Positions 7,085 to 15,983 are shown, counted from the first letter of the stretch. The stretch is DNA of 27,409 bases from Candidatus Peregrinibacteria bacterium (GCA_023245695.1 JAHFJT010000002.1:1-27409); one strand, 5' to 3'. Notes: generated from the sequence alone by a model not told the origin. Program-made: numbers and translations.

Positions 7085-8761
7085 CTAATATACCGCTTCA
7101 AGATAGCACTTTTCGCAGTAGATCGTTTCAGGGCGGTCAGGGGAGTAGGTGGTGCGAATAGGAGTGCTGCAGTGTGAGCAGATTCGATCGTAGAGCGTGC
7201 GGAGGTTGCGGGATGCCCTTCGTGTCGTGTTGCGGCACTTGAAGCATCTGGAGGGGATTGGGAGGCCTTGGGCACGGTAGAACTCGAGCTCTTGAGGGAT
7301 GATTTTGAAGTTGGATTGGCACTCGACGCAGCCAAGGATTTCCTGCGTGATAGTATCTGGCACTTGAGAGATGAGATCGGGGATGACGTAGGTCTGTGGA
7401 ACCTTTTTCTTGTCTTCGTCGCGCCAGGTGAGGCCTTGGGCGAGAGCTTGTTCTCGGGTGAGAGGTTCGTAGTCCATCGCCATCGACTCGTTGTACGCAT
7501 ACGGTGAAAGCTTGGCAGGGAAGTGGTCACCCCATTCGCCGGTTTTACGCATCCAGTCGATAATTTTCGGGACAAGTTCTTCATATTCTTCCTTGGTGTA
7601 CTGCTTGTTCAAGATACAGTACTGTTTGCGTTTCATGCCAATACAGCCGAAAAGATTGGCGCTATAGTGACAGTGATTGGAGTAGAGAATGTTGCTGTTG
7701 TTGTCGAGGATGTTGATACTGAAGAGGACGTTCTGAATTTTGTAGCCGCTGTTTGAGCTCTCGTAGACGAGCTCGGCGAAGTCACCAATTTCGTCGCAGT
7801 CACGGGAGTCTTTGATGTCGGAGCCGAAGACTTGATAGAGGTATTTTCCATCACGGACGTCGTTGCAGTCGAATGATTCCTGGAGGTCTTTTGAGTTGTA
7901 GATGTAGTCGCCTGAGACGTTCTCGTTCTGGATGCCGTGCATGTATTTCTTCGGAAACTGCGTTTTGATTCGAGCAAATTCGCGTTTGTAATGTTCGACA
8001 TTCTGGCTGGAAGCGAGCTGGGCCATGAGGGTTTCGTACTCTTCTTTGGTGCCCTGGCGGTTGTAGATGAAGTACTCTTTGTGCTGCTGGTTGAAGGACA
8101 TGAATGAGTGTTTGCAACCTTCGCAGTTGTCGAGAAAGGCGCTGTCGTAGCACTGTGAAGAGTTGGTGATAAACTTGCAGTTGTAGCAGTTTTTGCAGTC
8201 GATGGCTTCGTAACAGAGCTCGGTATCGCGTGCACGATAGCAGTCCATGCAGTTGGTCGTGTGATTTGTGCTGTAGGAGTAGTAGGTGTCCCGGCAGTAG
8301 TCGGCGTCGAACATGAGGTAGCAGTTTTTGTTCTTGCCGGCGTAGTTGGTGTAGTCGCAATTTTCGTCGTAACGGAAGCCTGTGAAGAGACTTGGGCGCG
8401 GAACTTTCAAGAAAAGCTCTTGATACTGCTCAAAGAAGGGACGTGAGAAATCAAACTCCTGGCCGTACGTTGCGGCGTCCCACTCGTCACTCCACCAGAA
8501 CTCCTGATTGTACACTTTGTATGGTGAAGATGGATGTACATTGGAGAGCATGTCCTGACCGGTTTTGTCGCACTTTCTTTTGTAGAGATTGATCTGGTTG
8601 ATATGCGACTGACGTCTGATTTGTCGGCAATTCGGACAGAGGGTCGGCGGGGGAATAGGCTGCTTGATACCCCTATATTCTGGTGCGACTTTTTCGAGAA
8701 ACGCGAGGTCGTCGTCGGGAATGTCGAATGGCGTGTGGCATTTTTGGCATTGAGGATTCAT
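7085..8761 (-). CDS. Cys-rich zinc-ribbon / repeat protein of unknown function, copy 2
   Basis: Same architecture and motifs as 4161-5837 (CPNCR, FDFSRPFFEQ, NLFGCIGMKRKQYCILNKQYTKEEYEELVP, GEWG..FP, YCEKCYLEAVY). Confidence 0.8.
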   Translation of the reverse strand: MNPQCQKCHTPFDIPDDDLAFLEKVAPEYRGIKQPIPPPTLCPNCRQIRRQSHINQINLYKRKCDKTGQDMLSNVHPSSPYKVYNQEFWWSDEWDAATYGQEFDFSRPFFEQYQELFLKVPRPSLFTGFRYDENCDYTNYAGKNKNCYLMFDADYCRDTYYSYSTNHTTNCMDCYRARDTELCYEAIDCKNCYNCKFITNSSQCYDSAFLDNCEGCKHSFMSFNQQHKEYFIYNRQGTKEEYETLMAQLASSQNVEHYKREFARIKTQFPKKYMHGIQNENVSGDYIYNSKDLQESFDCNDVRDGKYLYQVFGSDIKDSRDCDEIGDFAELVYESSNSGYKIQNVLFSINILDNNSNILYSNHCHYSANLFGCIGMKRKQYCILNKQYTKEEYEELVPKIIDWMRKTGEWGDHFPAKLSPYAYNESMAMDYEPLTREQALAQGLTWRDEDKKKVPQTYVIPDLISQVPDTITQEILGCVECQSNFKIIPQELEFYRAQGLPIPSRCFKCRNTTRRASRNLRTLYDRICSHCSTPIRTTYSPDRPETIYCEKCYLEAVY

Positions 8762-8801
8762 TGAGGGGTGAGATTATCTAAATATGAATTATATATATTC
8801 A

Positions 8802-9233
8802 CTATTTTTTTGAAGCTGGTTGTTCTAAGCGAGCACGTATGTAGTTAATCAACTCATCAGCACTTTCTACATTTATTCTTTCTGCTTCCCCATTAATCCT
8901 TACTGCTACGGCAGGCGCTATCATGTCTTTATTTTCTAGACATCTTTTGATACATCGTTGGCCGCTTAATATTGCTGGATATACGCCGTTTATTTGTACA
9001 AATCTTTCTTTTTTGCTTGTTTGTATGGTTTCTGCTGTATCGATATCTTTTTGTTTCAATTCGCCTACGTCGCAGCGATTCCCGAGCTGTGCTAATACAT
9101 CTTCCCCATATGATTTAAGCTCAATGCTTGTCATTCCGTAATCTTCTCTCATTCTTCTGTTCCAATCTCGGCTGAAACAATTTAGCGAAGTACAAAATGT
9201 TATTTCTATTGGCCTTTCATCCTGTGTTTCCAT
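8802..9233 (-). CDS. Small Cys protein, possible thioredoxin-like [2Fe-2S] ferredoxin
   Basis: C-x4-C (CTSLNC) near the N-terminus and C-x3-C followed by P-x-V (CIKRCLENKDMIAPAVAV); visibly more AT-rich than its neighbours. Confidence 0.5.
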   Translation of the reverse strand: METQDERPIEITFCTSLNCFSRDWNRRMREDYGMTSIELKSYGEDVLAQLGNRCDVGELKQKDIDTAETIQTSKKERFVQINGVYPAILSGQRCIKRCLENKDMIAPAVAVRINGEAERINVESADELINYIRARLEQPASKK

Positions 9234-9272
9234 GGGATTTCTTGGTAAAGAGTTCGATCAACTTAAGAGTAT

Positions 9273-9301
9273 ATTGTATTGCACAATTCTATATTTGTCA
9301 A
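9273..9301 (-). promoter_or_regulatory. Sigma70 promoter of the 8802-9233 gene
   Basis: Minus strand TTGACA (9296-9301), 17 nt, TACAAT (9273-9278). Confidence 0.75.
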
Positions 9302-9329
9302 TTATCCTTGAATCTACTTTCTATATATC

Positions 9330-9358
9330 TTGTTTTTCCCTTGTATTTGAGCTATAAT
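9330..9358 (+). promoter_or_regulatory. Sigma70 promoter of TrmB-like regulator 2
   Basis: TTGTTT (9330-9335), 17 nt, TATAAT (9353-9358). Confidence 0.55.
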
Positions 9359-9396
9359 ATACTTGTCAGATAACTTTGACACTAAAACAAATTTTT

Positions 9397-10152
9397 ATGC
9401 TATCAGCCAGCGATCCACTTTCACTTCTCAAACAGCTTGGGCTTACAAAGCAGGAGTCCGACGTCTTCCTTCTCTTGCTTGAGTTAGGCGCGTCACCCGT
9501 GAGTACGATTGCGCTGCGAGGGCGAATGAAGCGAACGAATCTCTATAATATTTTGGCGAAGCTTGCGGAACGTGGCTTGGTGACGGAGTTTCTGAAAGGT
9601 CGGGTGCGGTACTTCCAGGCGACGGAGCCGCACAAACTCCTCTATCTTCAGGAGCAGCAAAAGAAAAAGCTGGACCAGAATATTGCGTCACTTCGCGAGA
9701 TGTTGCCGTTATTTGAGAATATGAAAAATCCTTCACTTGATAAGCCGCGCGTGAAGTTTTATCAGGGGAGTGATGGAATCGAGACGGTGCTGACGCAGAT
9801 TCTTGCGAAGGAGTCGTTTGATTGTTACTTCAATCCGGATATTGTGTATGCGGTTTTTCCTTATGCTGTTCAGGAATTTCTCATGGAGAGTGCGAAGAAA
9901 AAACTGCATATTCGCGAGCTTGTGGTTTCGGGAAAAATGGCGAAGGAGTACGTAAGTCACATCAAAAATCCAAATCATCAGTACAAGATTCTTCCCAACG
10001 AGTTCCAGTTTGAGACGGATAACTTTATCTTTGGAAATAGCGTGGTTTTCATCTCATATCGTGAAGAGCAGATCGCGGTGATGATCGAGAGTGCGGATAT
10101 TGCCCGGACGCAGCGAATGGCGTTTGAGCTTATGTGGAAGGCCGTTCGTTGA
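9397..10152 (+). CDS. TrmB-family HTH transcriptional regulator, copy 2
   Basis: LKQLGLTKQES.VF..LLELG.SPVSTIA......RTNLYNIL..L..RGLV HTH; PRVKFYQG..G and IES.DIA.TQR.AFELMW C-terminus; paralog of 6012-6785. ATG at 9397 preferred over the TTG at 9376. Confidence 0.85.
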   Translation: MLSASDPLSLLKQLGLTKQESDVFLLLLELGASPVSTIALRGRMKRTNLYNILAKLAERGLVTEFLKGRVRYFQATEPHKLLYLQEQQKKKLDQNIASLREMLPLFENMKNPSLDKPRVKFYQGSDGIETVLTQILAKESFDCYFNPDIVYAVFPYAVQEFLMESAKKKLHIRELVVSGKMAKEYVSHIKNPNHQYKILPNEFQFETDNFIFGNSVVFISYREEQIAVMIESADIARTQRMAFELMWKAVR

Positions 10153-10173
10153 GGTGTGTGGTTGAAGCGTGAT

Positions 10174-11019
10174 TTAGCCTGCTCCCATGAGAATCTTCAC
10201 CACTTCTACGAGACCCCAGAGACCGAGACCGATGAAGGCGACACCTCCGAAGAGGGAGATGATCGGGTTTTTGACGGCTTTGATCGTGTGCTGCGGAGAG
10301 ACGTAGAGGAGGATATTCAAAACCATGTGGCCGAGGAAGACGCCGATCGCAAATCCAAAGATATTGACGATGTCGAAGAGGGGAAGGTAGCCGGCGAAGT
10401 CGTCGAGACCGAGGATAAATGGGATCAGGATGGCGGTCATGAGAAGTGGAAAGAATGGCTGCTCTTTCACATTTTTCATGCTCATGCTTGGCATGATTCG
10501 GCTCAGTACCGGAGAGAGAAACTTGTTGATCGGTTTGAGAATTTTTTCGATGGCAATCGCAGCGTGGGCGTACCATGCTTTTCTGGTCTGTCCGTTTCCA
10601 GTCTCTTCATGAGCATGTTCAAGGCCATCTTCCGCGAGTTTGAAGAGGACGAGGGCCGCGACGAGAATCATCAGCGCAGAGAGCCAATGGATGTTTTTGA
10701 AGAGAGCCCAGAGGAGGATGATCACAAACGTCCCCATGGCATTTCCGAGGGCGGTACCTACTTCGATCGCGATGCGGCTTTTCCAGCTGTTGTTGGTCTT
10801 CATCAAATTTCCGATGTAGATCGCGAAGTCGATGGAGGTTTTGAGGTAGATTGTAAGGCCTACGATGACATCAACCGCACGAAGGCTCAGCGAAATATTG
10901 GTTCCCAGTGCTTGGTTAACAAGCGTAATTTCGAGCCAGAGGAAGCCAATGAGCACTCCACATACTGCGAAGGTAAGAGCAATAGGAAGGATCTGGTTTT
11001 TGAGTACGGACGTGTTCAT
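10174..11019 (-). CDS. Multi-pass membrane protein, CadD/LysE-superfamily-like transporter
   Basis: About 7 hydrophobic segments; YLKTSIDF and LGLDDFAGYLPLF resemble the two CadD repeat motifs (T(S/A)(I/V)D and GxDNIxxYxPxF). Confidence 0.55.
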   Translation of the reverse strand: MNTSVLKNQILPIALTFAVCGVLIGFLWLEITLVNQALGTNISLSLRAVDVIVGLTIYLKTSIDFAIYIGNLMKTNNSWKSRIAIEVGTALGNAMGTFVIILLWALFKNIHWLSALMILVAALVLFKLAEDGLEHAHEETGNGQTRKAWYAHAAIAIEKILKPINKFLSPVLSRIMPSMSMKNVKEQPFFPLLMTAILIPFILGLDDFAGYLPLFDIVNIFGFAIGVFLGHMVLNILLYVSPQHTIKAVKNPIISLFGGVAFIGLGLWGLVEVVKILMGAG

Positions 11020-11024
11020 AGGGA

Positions 11025-11843
11025 TTATTTTACTTCATACGCTAATTCTTTTGTAGTGCCATTCGCGAGCGTCACCACAATCTTATTCTTTCCTTTTGGC
11101 CAGTCGTTCGTTGGCTTCGTGAACTGGAAGCGGGTACTGAATTTAGCTCCTGTGGTTGATTTGTGAATAGGGAGGGTCTGTTCGATATTGTCCCCGGTGT
11201 CGATATGGACGATTTTTACATTGGCCGCAACGGTGTCAGCTGACTGCGTGGTGAATACCGAGACAAAGATGGAGCTCGCGGTTGAGGCAATAGTTTTTTG
11301 TGTTACGGCAAATCCATCGGCATCAAAAGCATCTCCTGCCCGGATTTCTTTGATGGTTGCTGTTGTATCGTCTTTTCCGGTGGTAGCATCGGTCGTGAGT
11401 GCTGGTGCTGCATCTTTGATATCAAGCGAGTAGAACTTCCAGTCGTCACCTAGCTTATACAGGAGCATGGTGTACGGTACTTGATGCTGTGAGGCGTCGG
11501 TTAAGATTCCTTCCACGGTGGCACTCGTGTCATCGTGCTTTGCGGTGGAGAGAGTAGTGGAGGTGTAGGTGGTGAGAATAGGCATCGCTTTTGCGAGATT
11601 CTCGAGATCTGTTTTCTTGGAGGTTTTTTTGAACTCTGGATCAGCATCGTTGTAGATAGCGTCGAAATTTCCGCTCTTGAACTGTGAAAGGATGAGGTCG
11701 TTCTTTGCATGAATGGCATCACCGTCTTTATTGTAGTCGCCCCCGAATACCATGAGGCCGACAAATGCTACGACGAGCACACCAAGAATAATGCCGAGAA
11801 TTTTCCAGATGGAAGTTTTTCCGGTAGGAGAAGTAGAGTCCAT
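11025..11843 (-). CDS. Membrane-anchored exported protein of unknown function
   Basis: One N-terminal TM helix (ILGIILGVLVVAFVGLMVFG), then a Thr/Asp/Lys-rich alpha/beta domain and a beta-rich C-terminal domain. Confidence 0.7.
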   Translation of the reverse strand: MDSTSPTGKTSIWKILGIILGVLVVAFVGLMVFGGDYNKDGDAIHAKNDLILSQFKSGNFDAIYNDADPEFKKTSKKTDLENLAKAMPILTTYTSTTLSTAKHDDTSATVEGILTDASQHQVPYTMLLYKLGDDWKFYSLDIKDAAPALTTDATTGKDDTTATIKEIRAGDAFDADGFAVTQKTIASTASSIFVSVFTTQSADTVAANVKIVHIDTGDNIEQTLPIHKSTTGAKFSTRFQFTKPTNDWPKGKNKIVVTLANGTTKELAYEVK

Positions 11844-11908
11844 ACAAAATGAGGGGTAAGGATAAAGCTACCTATGTTGTACGGCATTTTCCTCTTTTTT
11901 CCAAGAAA

Positions 11909-12523
11909 TTATGCGAGTTTTTTCCGTTCACTGAGCTTGATTCGTAGGTGATTCAGTCCAAGTACTGCGAGACAGATAAGCGCTCCGACCATTGCCATGC
12001 CCATGTCTTTCTGGGTGTCCCACACATCACCCTGTGCTCCAACGAAGTAGGTGTCGAGATTCGGACCGAGGCTTGCTACGGAAAGCCACTCCATGATTTC
12101 ATAGACGGCTGAGGCACACATGACCAGAGAGAATCCGAAGAAGTAGGCGAAGAAGCCCTCCATTTTTACGACTCTTTTCATGAATTCGTAGACCGGGTAC
12201 ATGAACATGGCGCCAAATAAAAAGTGCACCAGGCGGTCATACATGTTCCTATTGCCGCCAAGGATTTTTTCGAGCGTGTAGCCGAAAGGTACTTGCGTAT
12301 ACGCATAGTGTGAGCCTGCGAGATGGAAGACGAGAAATATGGTTATGACGGTGTATGATGCGCTGGAAAATTTGAAGTGTCTTGCGGTGATGCACAAAAT
12401 GCCCACAAATAAAAAGACGAGAAAATTCTCCAAGAGCCACTCTTCGATATGGGTAGGATGGATGGCTGCCCAGGTCCAGACAGCGAGAAATATAAAGGCG
12501 AGAATTTTTTGGTACCGTGTCAT
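11909..12523 (-). CDS. DUF2238 (YjdF-like) inner-membrane protein
   Basis: W.LEN, H..GSHY.Y..VPFG, RN.YDRLVHF.FG, YEI.EW, G.QGD.WDTQKDM motifs. Confidence 0.85.
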   Translation of the reverse strand: MTRYQKILAFIFLAVWTWAAIHPTHIEEWLLENFLVFLFVGILCITARHFKFSSASYTVITIFLVFHLAGSHYAYTQVPFGYTLEKILGGNRNMYDRLVHFLFGAMFMYPVYEFMKRVVKMEGFFAYFFGFSLVMCASAVYEIMEWLSVASLGPNLDTYFVGAQGDVWDTQKDMGMAMVGALICLAVLGLNHLRIKLSERKKLA

Positions 12524-12587
12524 GTTGCTTTGGACATTAAGAGGTTATTGTACCATACCTCTTCCATAAGCAAAATGGTGCAATTCC

Positions 12588-13001
12588 TTATTGTACTAGC
12601 TTGTTTTCGATACGTTCGTGGAATCCCGTTCGTTCTTTTGTTATTTTCTCTGTAAGCTCTGAGCTGAATGCAAAGCGCTTTCCGGCTACTTCGTCTTCCG
12701 TAGCTTCTTGTATTTCGATTTCGCCTCGGGCGAGCTGGCCGTTTGTGAGTGATCGCATACCCTCCACACCTTTTATTTCCATCAAAAGCGAGACGCCTTG
12801 GCGTCCATTCATATCCTGATCTCGAAATGTGTTCCGTTCTCCAACACGAGCAAATTCCCATGCGCTCCAGGATGGTTCGTGTCCGGTTCTGACAGGAAAT
12901 GGTGATCGAAGTTTTACAGCTGCTCCAAATACGAGCGCTTCGGTGGTTGTTATTTTTCCCTCTGCTGGGGTTCCTGCTGAGGTATTTTGGTGGGTTTTCA
13001 T
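12588..13001 (-). CDS. Hypothetical protein (137 aa)
   Basis: ORF starting MKTHQ, just downstream of the tRNA-Ser 3' end, with a C-rich leader like other genes here; no recognisable motif. The longer ORF start lies inside the tRNA and was rejected. Confidence 0.45.
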   Translation of the reverse strand: MKTHQNTSAGTPAEGKITTTEALVFGAAVKLRSPFPVRTGHEPSWSAWEFARVGERNTFRDQDMNGRQGVSLLMEIKGVEGMRSLTNGQLARGEIEIQEATEDEVAGKRFAFSSELTEKITKERTGFHERIENKLVQ

Positions 13002-13089
13002 TTGGGAATGAAAGGGGATGGGGTCGGGAACTATCCGGCCTAATCGCCGGATTTGCGCTCCAGCTTGGCTTTCGCAAGCTTTGCGCTGT

Positions 13090-13179
13090 TGGCGGAGAGG
13101 GGGAGATTCGAACTCCCGAGAGCCTTGCGGCTCTGGCACTTTTCGAGAGTGCTCGTATCAACCACTCACGCACCTCTCC
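13090..13179 (-). tRNA. tRNA-Ser(CGA), canonical long variable arm
   Basis: Reverse complement: GGAGAGG/CCTCTCC acceptor, G73, CCA; D-loop GAGTGG; anticodon stem GCACT/AGTGC with loop CT-CGA-AA; variable arm AGAGCC-GCAA-GGCTCT; T-loop TTCGAAT. Confidence 0.95.
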
Positions 13180-13228
13180 GTATTGATGAGCTTCGCTCGT
13201 TGCGCGTGGCAGTATGCCATGGGTTTAT

Positions 13229-13582
13229 CTACCGGTGAAGGGCAATCTTGGCTTTAAGCTGATTTTTTCCGGGAGCTTTGCCCTTAGAGGATGTGTACGG
13301 GGTGACCTCTTTTTCGATTCGGTCTTTATCGTTTTTCGCTTCTTCTATGTCGTAATCTGCCTGTAGATTAATCCAAAATTCCGCGGACATATTGAAGTAT
13401 TTTCCAAGACGAATTGCGGTGTCTGGCGTTATGGCACGTTTCCCTCGTACAATTTCGGAAATTCTTATAGGTGATACGCTTGTGTCTTTCGCTAGGCGAT
13501 ACATTGATATTTTCATCGGAATAAGAAACTCTTCGTTAAGAATTTTTCCTGGGTGAATATTGGGAATTTTCTTTGGTCGCAT
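13229..13582 (-). CDS. higA: HigA-family addiction-module antitoxin (HTH)
   Basis: IHPGKILNEEFLIPM.IS.YRLAK, RISEIVRGKRAITPDTAIRLGKYF..SAEFWINLQ..YD motifs. Confidence 0.92.
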   Translation of the reverse strand: MRPKKIPNIHPGKILNEEFLIPMKISMYRLAKDTSVSPIRISEIVRGKRAITPDTAIRLGKYFNMSAEFWINLQADYDIEEAKNDKDRIEKEVTPYTSSKGKAPGKNQLKAKIALHR

Positions 13583-13585
13583 GGT

Positions 13586-13870
13586 TTATGGGTGATAGTC
13601 TATAATTTCTACGTTGTATGCATTGTTATTGTGCCATTCGAAGCATATTCGCCACTGTTTGTTGATGCGTATGCTGTACTGCTCTTTTCGATTTCCCTTT
13701 AATTTTTCTAAGTGATTTGATGCTGGTAGCCTTAGTTCATTCATGGTGGGTGCAGCATTGAGTATTCGAAGCTTCAGTCGTACCCTTTCCTGAATTAATG
13801 GCGGTATTTTTTCTGACCACTCCGCGTTAAATATTTTTTCTGCTTCTTTGGATTTGAAATTTACAATCAT
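13586..13870 (-). CDS. higB: HigB/RelE-family toxin
   Basis: MIVNFKSKEAEKIF...P.SNHLEKLKGNRKEQYSIRINKQWRICFEW...AYNVEIIDYH; toxin upstream of antitoxin. Start at 13870. Confidence 0.92.
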   Translation of the reverse strand: MIVNFKSKEAEKIFNAEWSEKIPPLIQERVRLKLRILNAAPTMNELRLPASNHLEKLKGNRKEQYSIRINKQWRICFEWHNNNAYNVEIIDYHP

Positions 13871-13885
13871 TGTCTCACTGGTTAT

Positions 13886-13923
13886 ATAGTATCGCGTCTC
13901 GATAGTATCGTCAAGCGATACTA
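13886..13923 (-). promoter_or_regulatory. higBA promoter overlapped by two tandem inverted-repeat operators
   Basis: Minus strand TTGACG (13909-13914), 17 nt, TACTAT (13886-13891). Palindromes TAGTATCG-N5-CGATAGTA (13887-13907) and TAGTATCG-N5-CGATACTA (13903-13923). Confidence 0.8.
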
Positions 13924-14040
13924 GTGTGCTTTTTGTCTGTCTCCATTCATGATACTTGTCGGTTCTAACAGGCGATTTACAAATTTTTGACATTTTTCTG
14001 ACAAATGAGGCCTTTTACCCCTCCAAAGCTGGCCCGATAT

Positions 14041-14068
14041 TTGCATTTTTGGCTTTTCTCTGTATAAT
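14041..14068 (+). promoter_or_regulatory. Putative typA promoter
   Basis: TTGCAT (14041-14046), 16 nt, TATAAT (14063-14068). Confidence 0.6.
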
Positions 14069-14116
14069 CTCCGAGCTTTGAGGCGCTGTAGCCTCGATCG
14101 AAACAACCCCTTTTTT

Positions 14117-15922
14117 ATGCAGAAAATTCTCAATATTGCCATCATCGCGCACGTCGATCATGGAAAAACAACTCTTACTGATCACCTTTTGAAGCAAGGA
14201 GGTGCTTTTCGTGAAAATGAAGAGGTCACTGATTGTGTCATGGATAGCAACCCGCTCGAACGAGAGCGTGGTATTACGATTTCTGCGAAGAACTGCTCAA
14301 TTCACTATAATGGTGTCAAAATCAACATCGTGGATACTCCGGGACATGCTGACTTCGGCTCTGAAGTTGAACGTGTTTTGAAGACGGTAGACTGCGTGCT
14401 TCTCCTCGTGGATGCGAAAGAAGGACCAATGCCACAGACGAAATTTGTGCTCAAAAAGTCTCTTGCTCTTGGCCTTAAGCCGATTGTGGTTATTAATAAA
14501 ATTGACCGTGCCGATCAGCGAGCTCACAAGGTTATCGATATGGTTTTTGACCTTTTCGTGGCTCTGGGTGCGAACGATCAGCAGCTCGACTTCCCAATTG
14601 TCTATACGATTGGTCGTCAGGGTCTTGCGAAGCACTCTCTCGAAGATACGACGAGCACCGATCTTACGCCGCTCTTTGAGACGATTATGAAGCATGTGCC
14701 TATCTACCCAGAAAATGGCGATAAGGTCCTTCAGATGCAGGTTTCGAACCTTGCGTACGATGACTACGTCGGACGAATCGCGATCGGACGTGTGTTTAGC
14801 GGAACGCTCGAGAAAAATAAGCCACTCGTGGTTTCTCGACGAGATGGATCGATTACAACGGCAAAACTTACAAAGCTCCTCGTCTACGAAGGTGTTCGAC
14901 AGGTAGAGGTCGATCGTGTTGAGTGTGGTGATCTCTGTGCGGTTGCTGGTATCTCGGATATCACGATTGGTGAGACGATTACCGATGCTGCCAACCCAAC
15001 TCCAATGCCACTTATCGAGATCGATGAGCCGACACTTGAGATGAACTTCCTCGTGAATAACTCTCCATTTGCTGGTAAGGAAGGAAAATTTGTTACCACA
15101 CGACATATCCGAGAACGTTTGGATCGAGAACTTCAAACCAATGTTGGTTTGCGAGTGACTCCCCTGGAAGGAACGGATGGATTTACCGTTGCGGGGCGCG
15201 GGGAACTCCACCTCTCGGTGCTCCTCGAAAATATGCGACGTGAAGGATTTGAAATCCAGGTTTCACGACCAGAGGTTATTATGAAAACGATCGATGGTCA
15301 GAAGAATGAGCCTATCGAATACGTCATGATCGACGTGCCAGATAACTATGCTGGTGTGGTCATTGAGCGCTTGGGTAAGCGAAAAGGTGAGATGCTCAAT
15401 ATGCAGTCAGAAAATGCACATACTCGTCTCGAGTACTACGTTCCGACTCGAGGTCTCCTCGGTTTCCGATCGGAGTTCATCATGGATACGCGAGGTGAGG
15501 GTATCATGGATCATAGCTTTTATGAGTATCAGCCGCACAAGGGTGAGATCCAGCACCGACAGAATGGTGTGATGATCTCTGGAGATACGGGAAAGACGGT
15601 TGCCTATGCTCTTTGGAATTTGCAGGAGCGTGGAAAGATGTTCCTTGGCGCTGGTATTGATATTTACGAAGGTATGATTATCGGTGAGCATTCACGTGAT
15701 AACGACCTTACGGTCAATCCATGTAAGGAAAAGAAGCTTACGAACATGCGTGCCTCTGGTACGGATGAAGCTGTTAAGCTCGTTCCACCTCAGTCTATGA
15801 ACCTGGAGCAGGCTCTTGAGTACATCGAAAATGATGAGCTCGTCGAGATCACACCAAAGTCGATCCGTCTTCGAAAGAAGGGGCTCACGGAGGGGGATCG
15901 AAAGCGAGGGTCACGGGACTAA
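14117..15922 (+). CDS. typA: Translational GTPase TypA/BipA
   Basis: [78 protein letters not shown] motifs. Confidence 0.97.
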   Translation: MQKILNIAIIAHVDHGKTTLTDHLLKQGGAFRENEEVTDCVMDSNPLERERGITISAKNCSIHYNGVKINIVDTPGHADFGSEVERVLKTVDCVLLLVDAKEGPMPQTKFVLKKSLALGLKPIVVINKIDRADQRAHKVIDMVFDLFVALGANDQQLDFPIVYTIGRQGLAKHSLEDTTSTDLTPLFETIMKHVPIYPENGDKVLQMQVSNLAYDDYVGRIAIGRVFSGTLEKNKPLVVSRRDGSITTAKLTKLLVYEGVRQVEVDRVECGDLCAVAGISDITIGETITDAANPTPMPLIEIDEPTLEMNFLVNNSPFAGKEGKFVTTRHIRERLDRELQTNVGLRVTPLEGTDGFTVAGRGELHLSVLLENMRREGFEIQVSRPEVIMKTIDGQKNEPIEYVMIDVPDNYAGVVIERLGKRKGEMLNMQSENAHTRLEYYVPTRGLLGFRSEFIMDTRGEGIMDHSFYEYQPHKGEIQHRQNGVMISGDTGKTVAYALWNLQERGKMFLGAGIDIYEGMIIGEHSRDNDLTVNPCKEKKLTNMRASGTDEAVKLVPPQSMNLEQALEYIENDELVEITPKSIRLRKKGLTEGDRKRGSRD

Positions 15923-15974
15923 TATAACGTCATGTTTGTCAGCGTTTTAGGAGCTTTATTTTTCTGCAGATATG

Positions 15975-15983
15975 TGGTATAAT
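15975..15983 (+). promoter_or_regulatory. Extended -10 promoter of the 703-aa surface protein
   Basis: TG-G-TATAAT about 30 nt upstream of the ATG at 16014. Confidence 0.55.

Noticed and set aside
4161-8761. Diversity-generating retroelement or recent tandem duplication behind the two Cys-rich genes
   Set aside because: No reverse transcriptase, no near-identical template/variable repeat pair with A-specific mismatches noticed, and the paralogs are strongly diverged.
10156-11166. 336-aa plus-strand ORF
   Set aside because: Antisense shadow of the CadD-like membrane gene; its Asp/Glu/His-rich composition is what the reverse frame of a hydrophobic gene gives.
12588-13139. 183-aa long version of the hypothetical ORF and other ORFs crossing 13090-13179
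   Set aside because: They overlap the canonical tRNA-Ser gene.
14297-15211. 304-aa minus-strand ORF
   Set aside because: Lies wholly antisense to typA.
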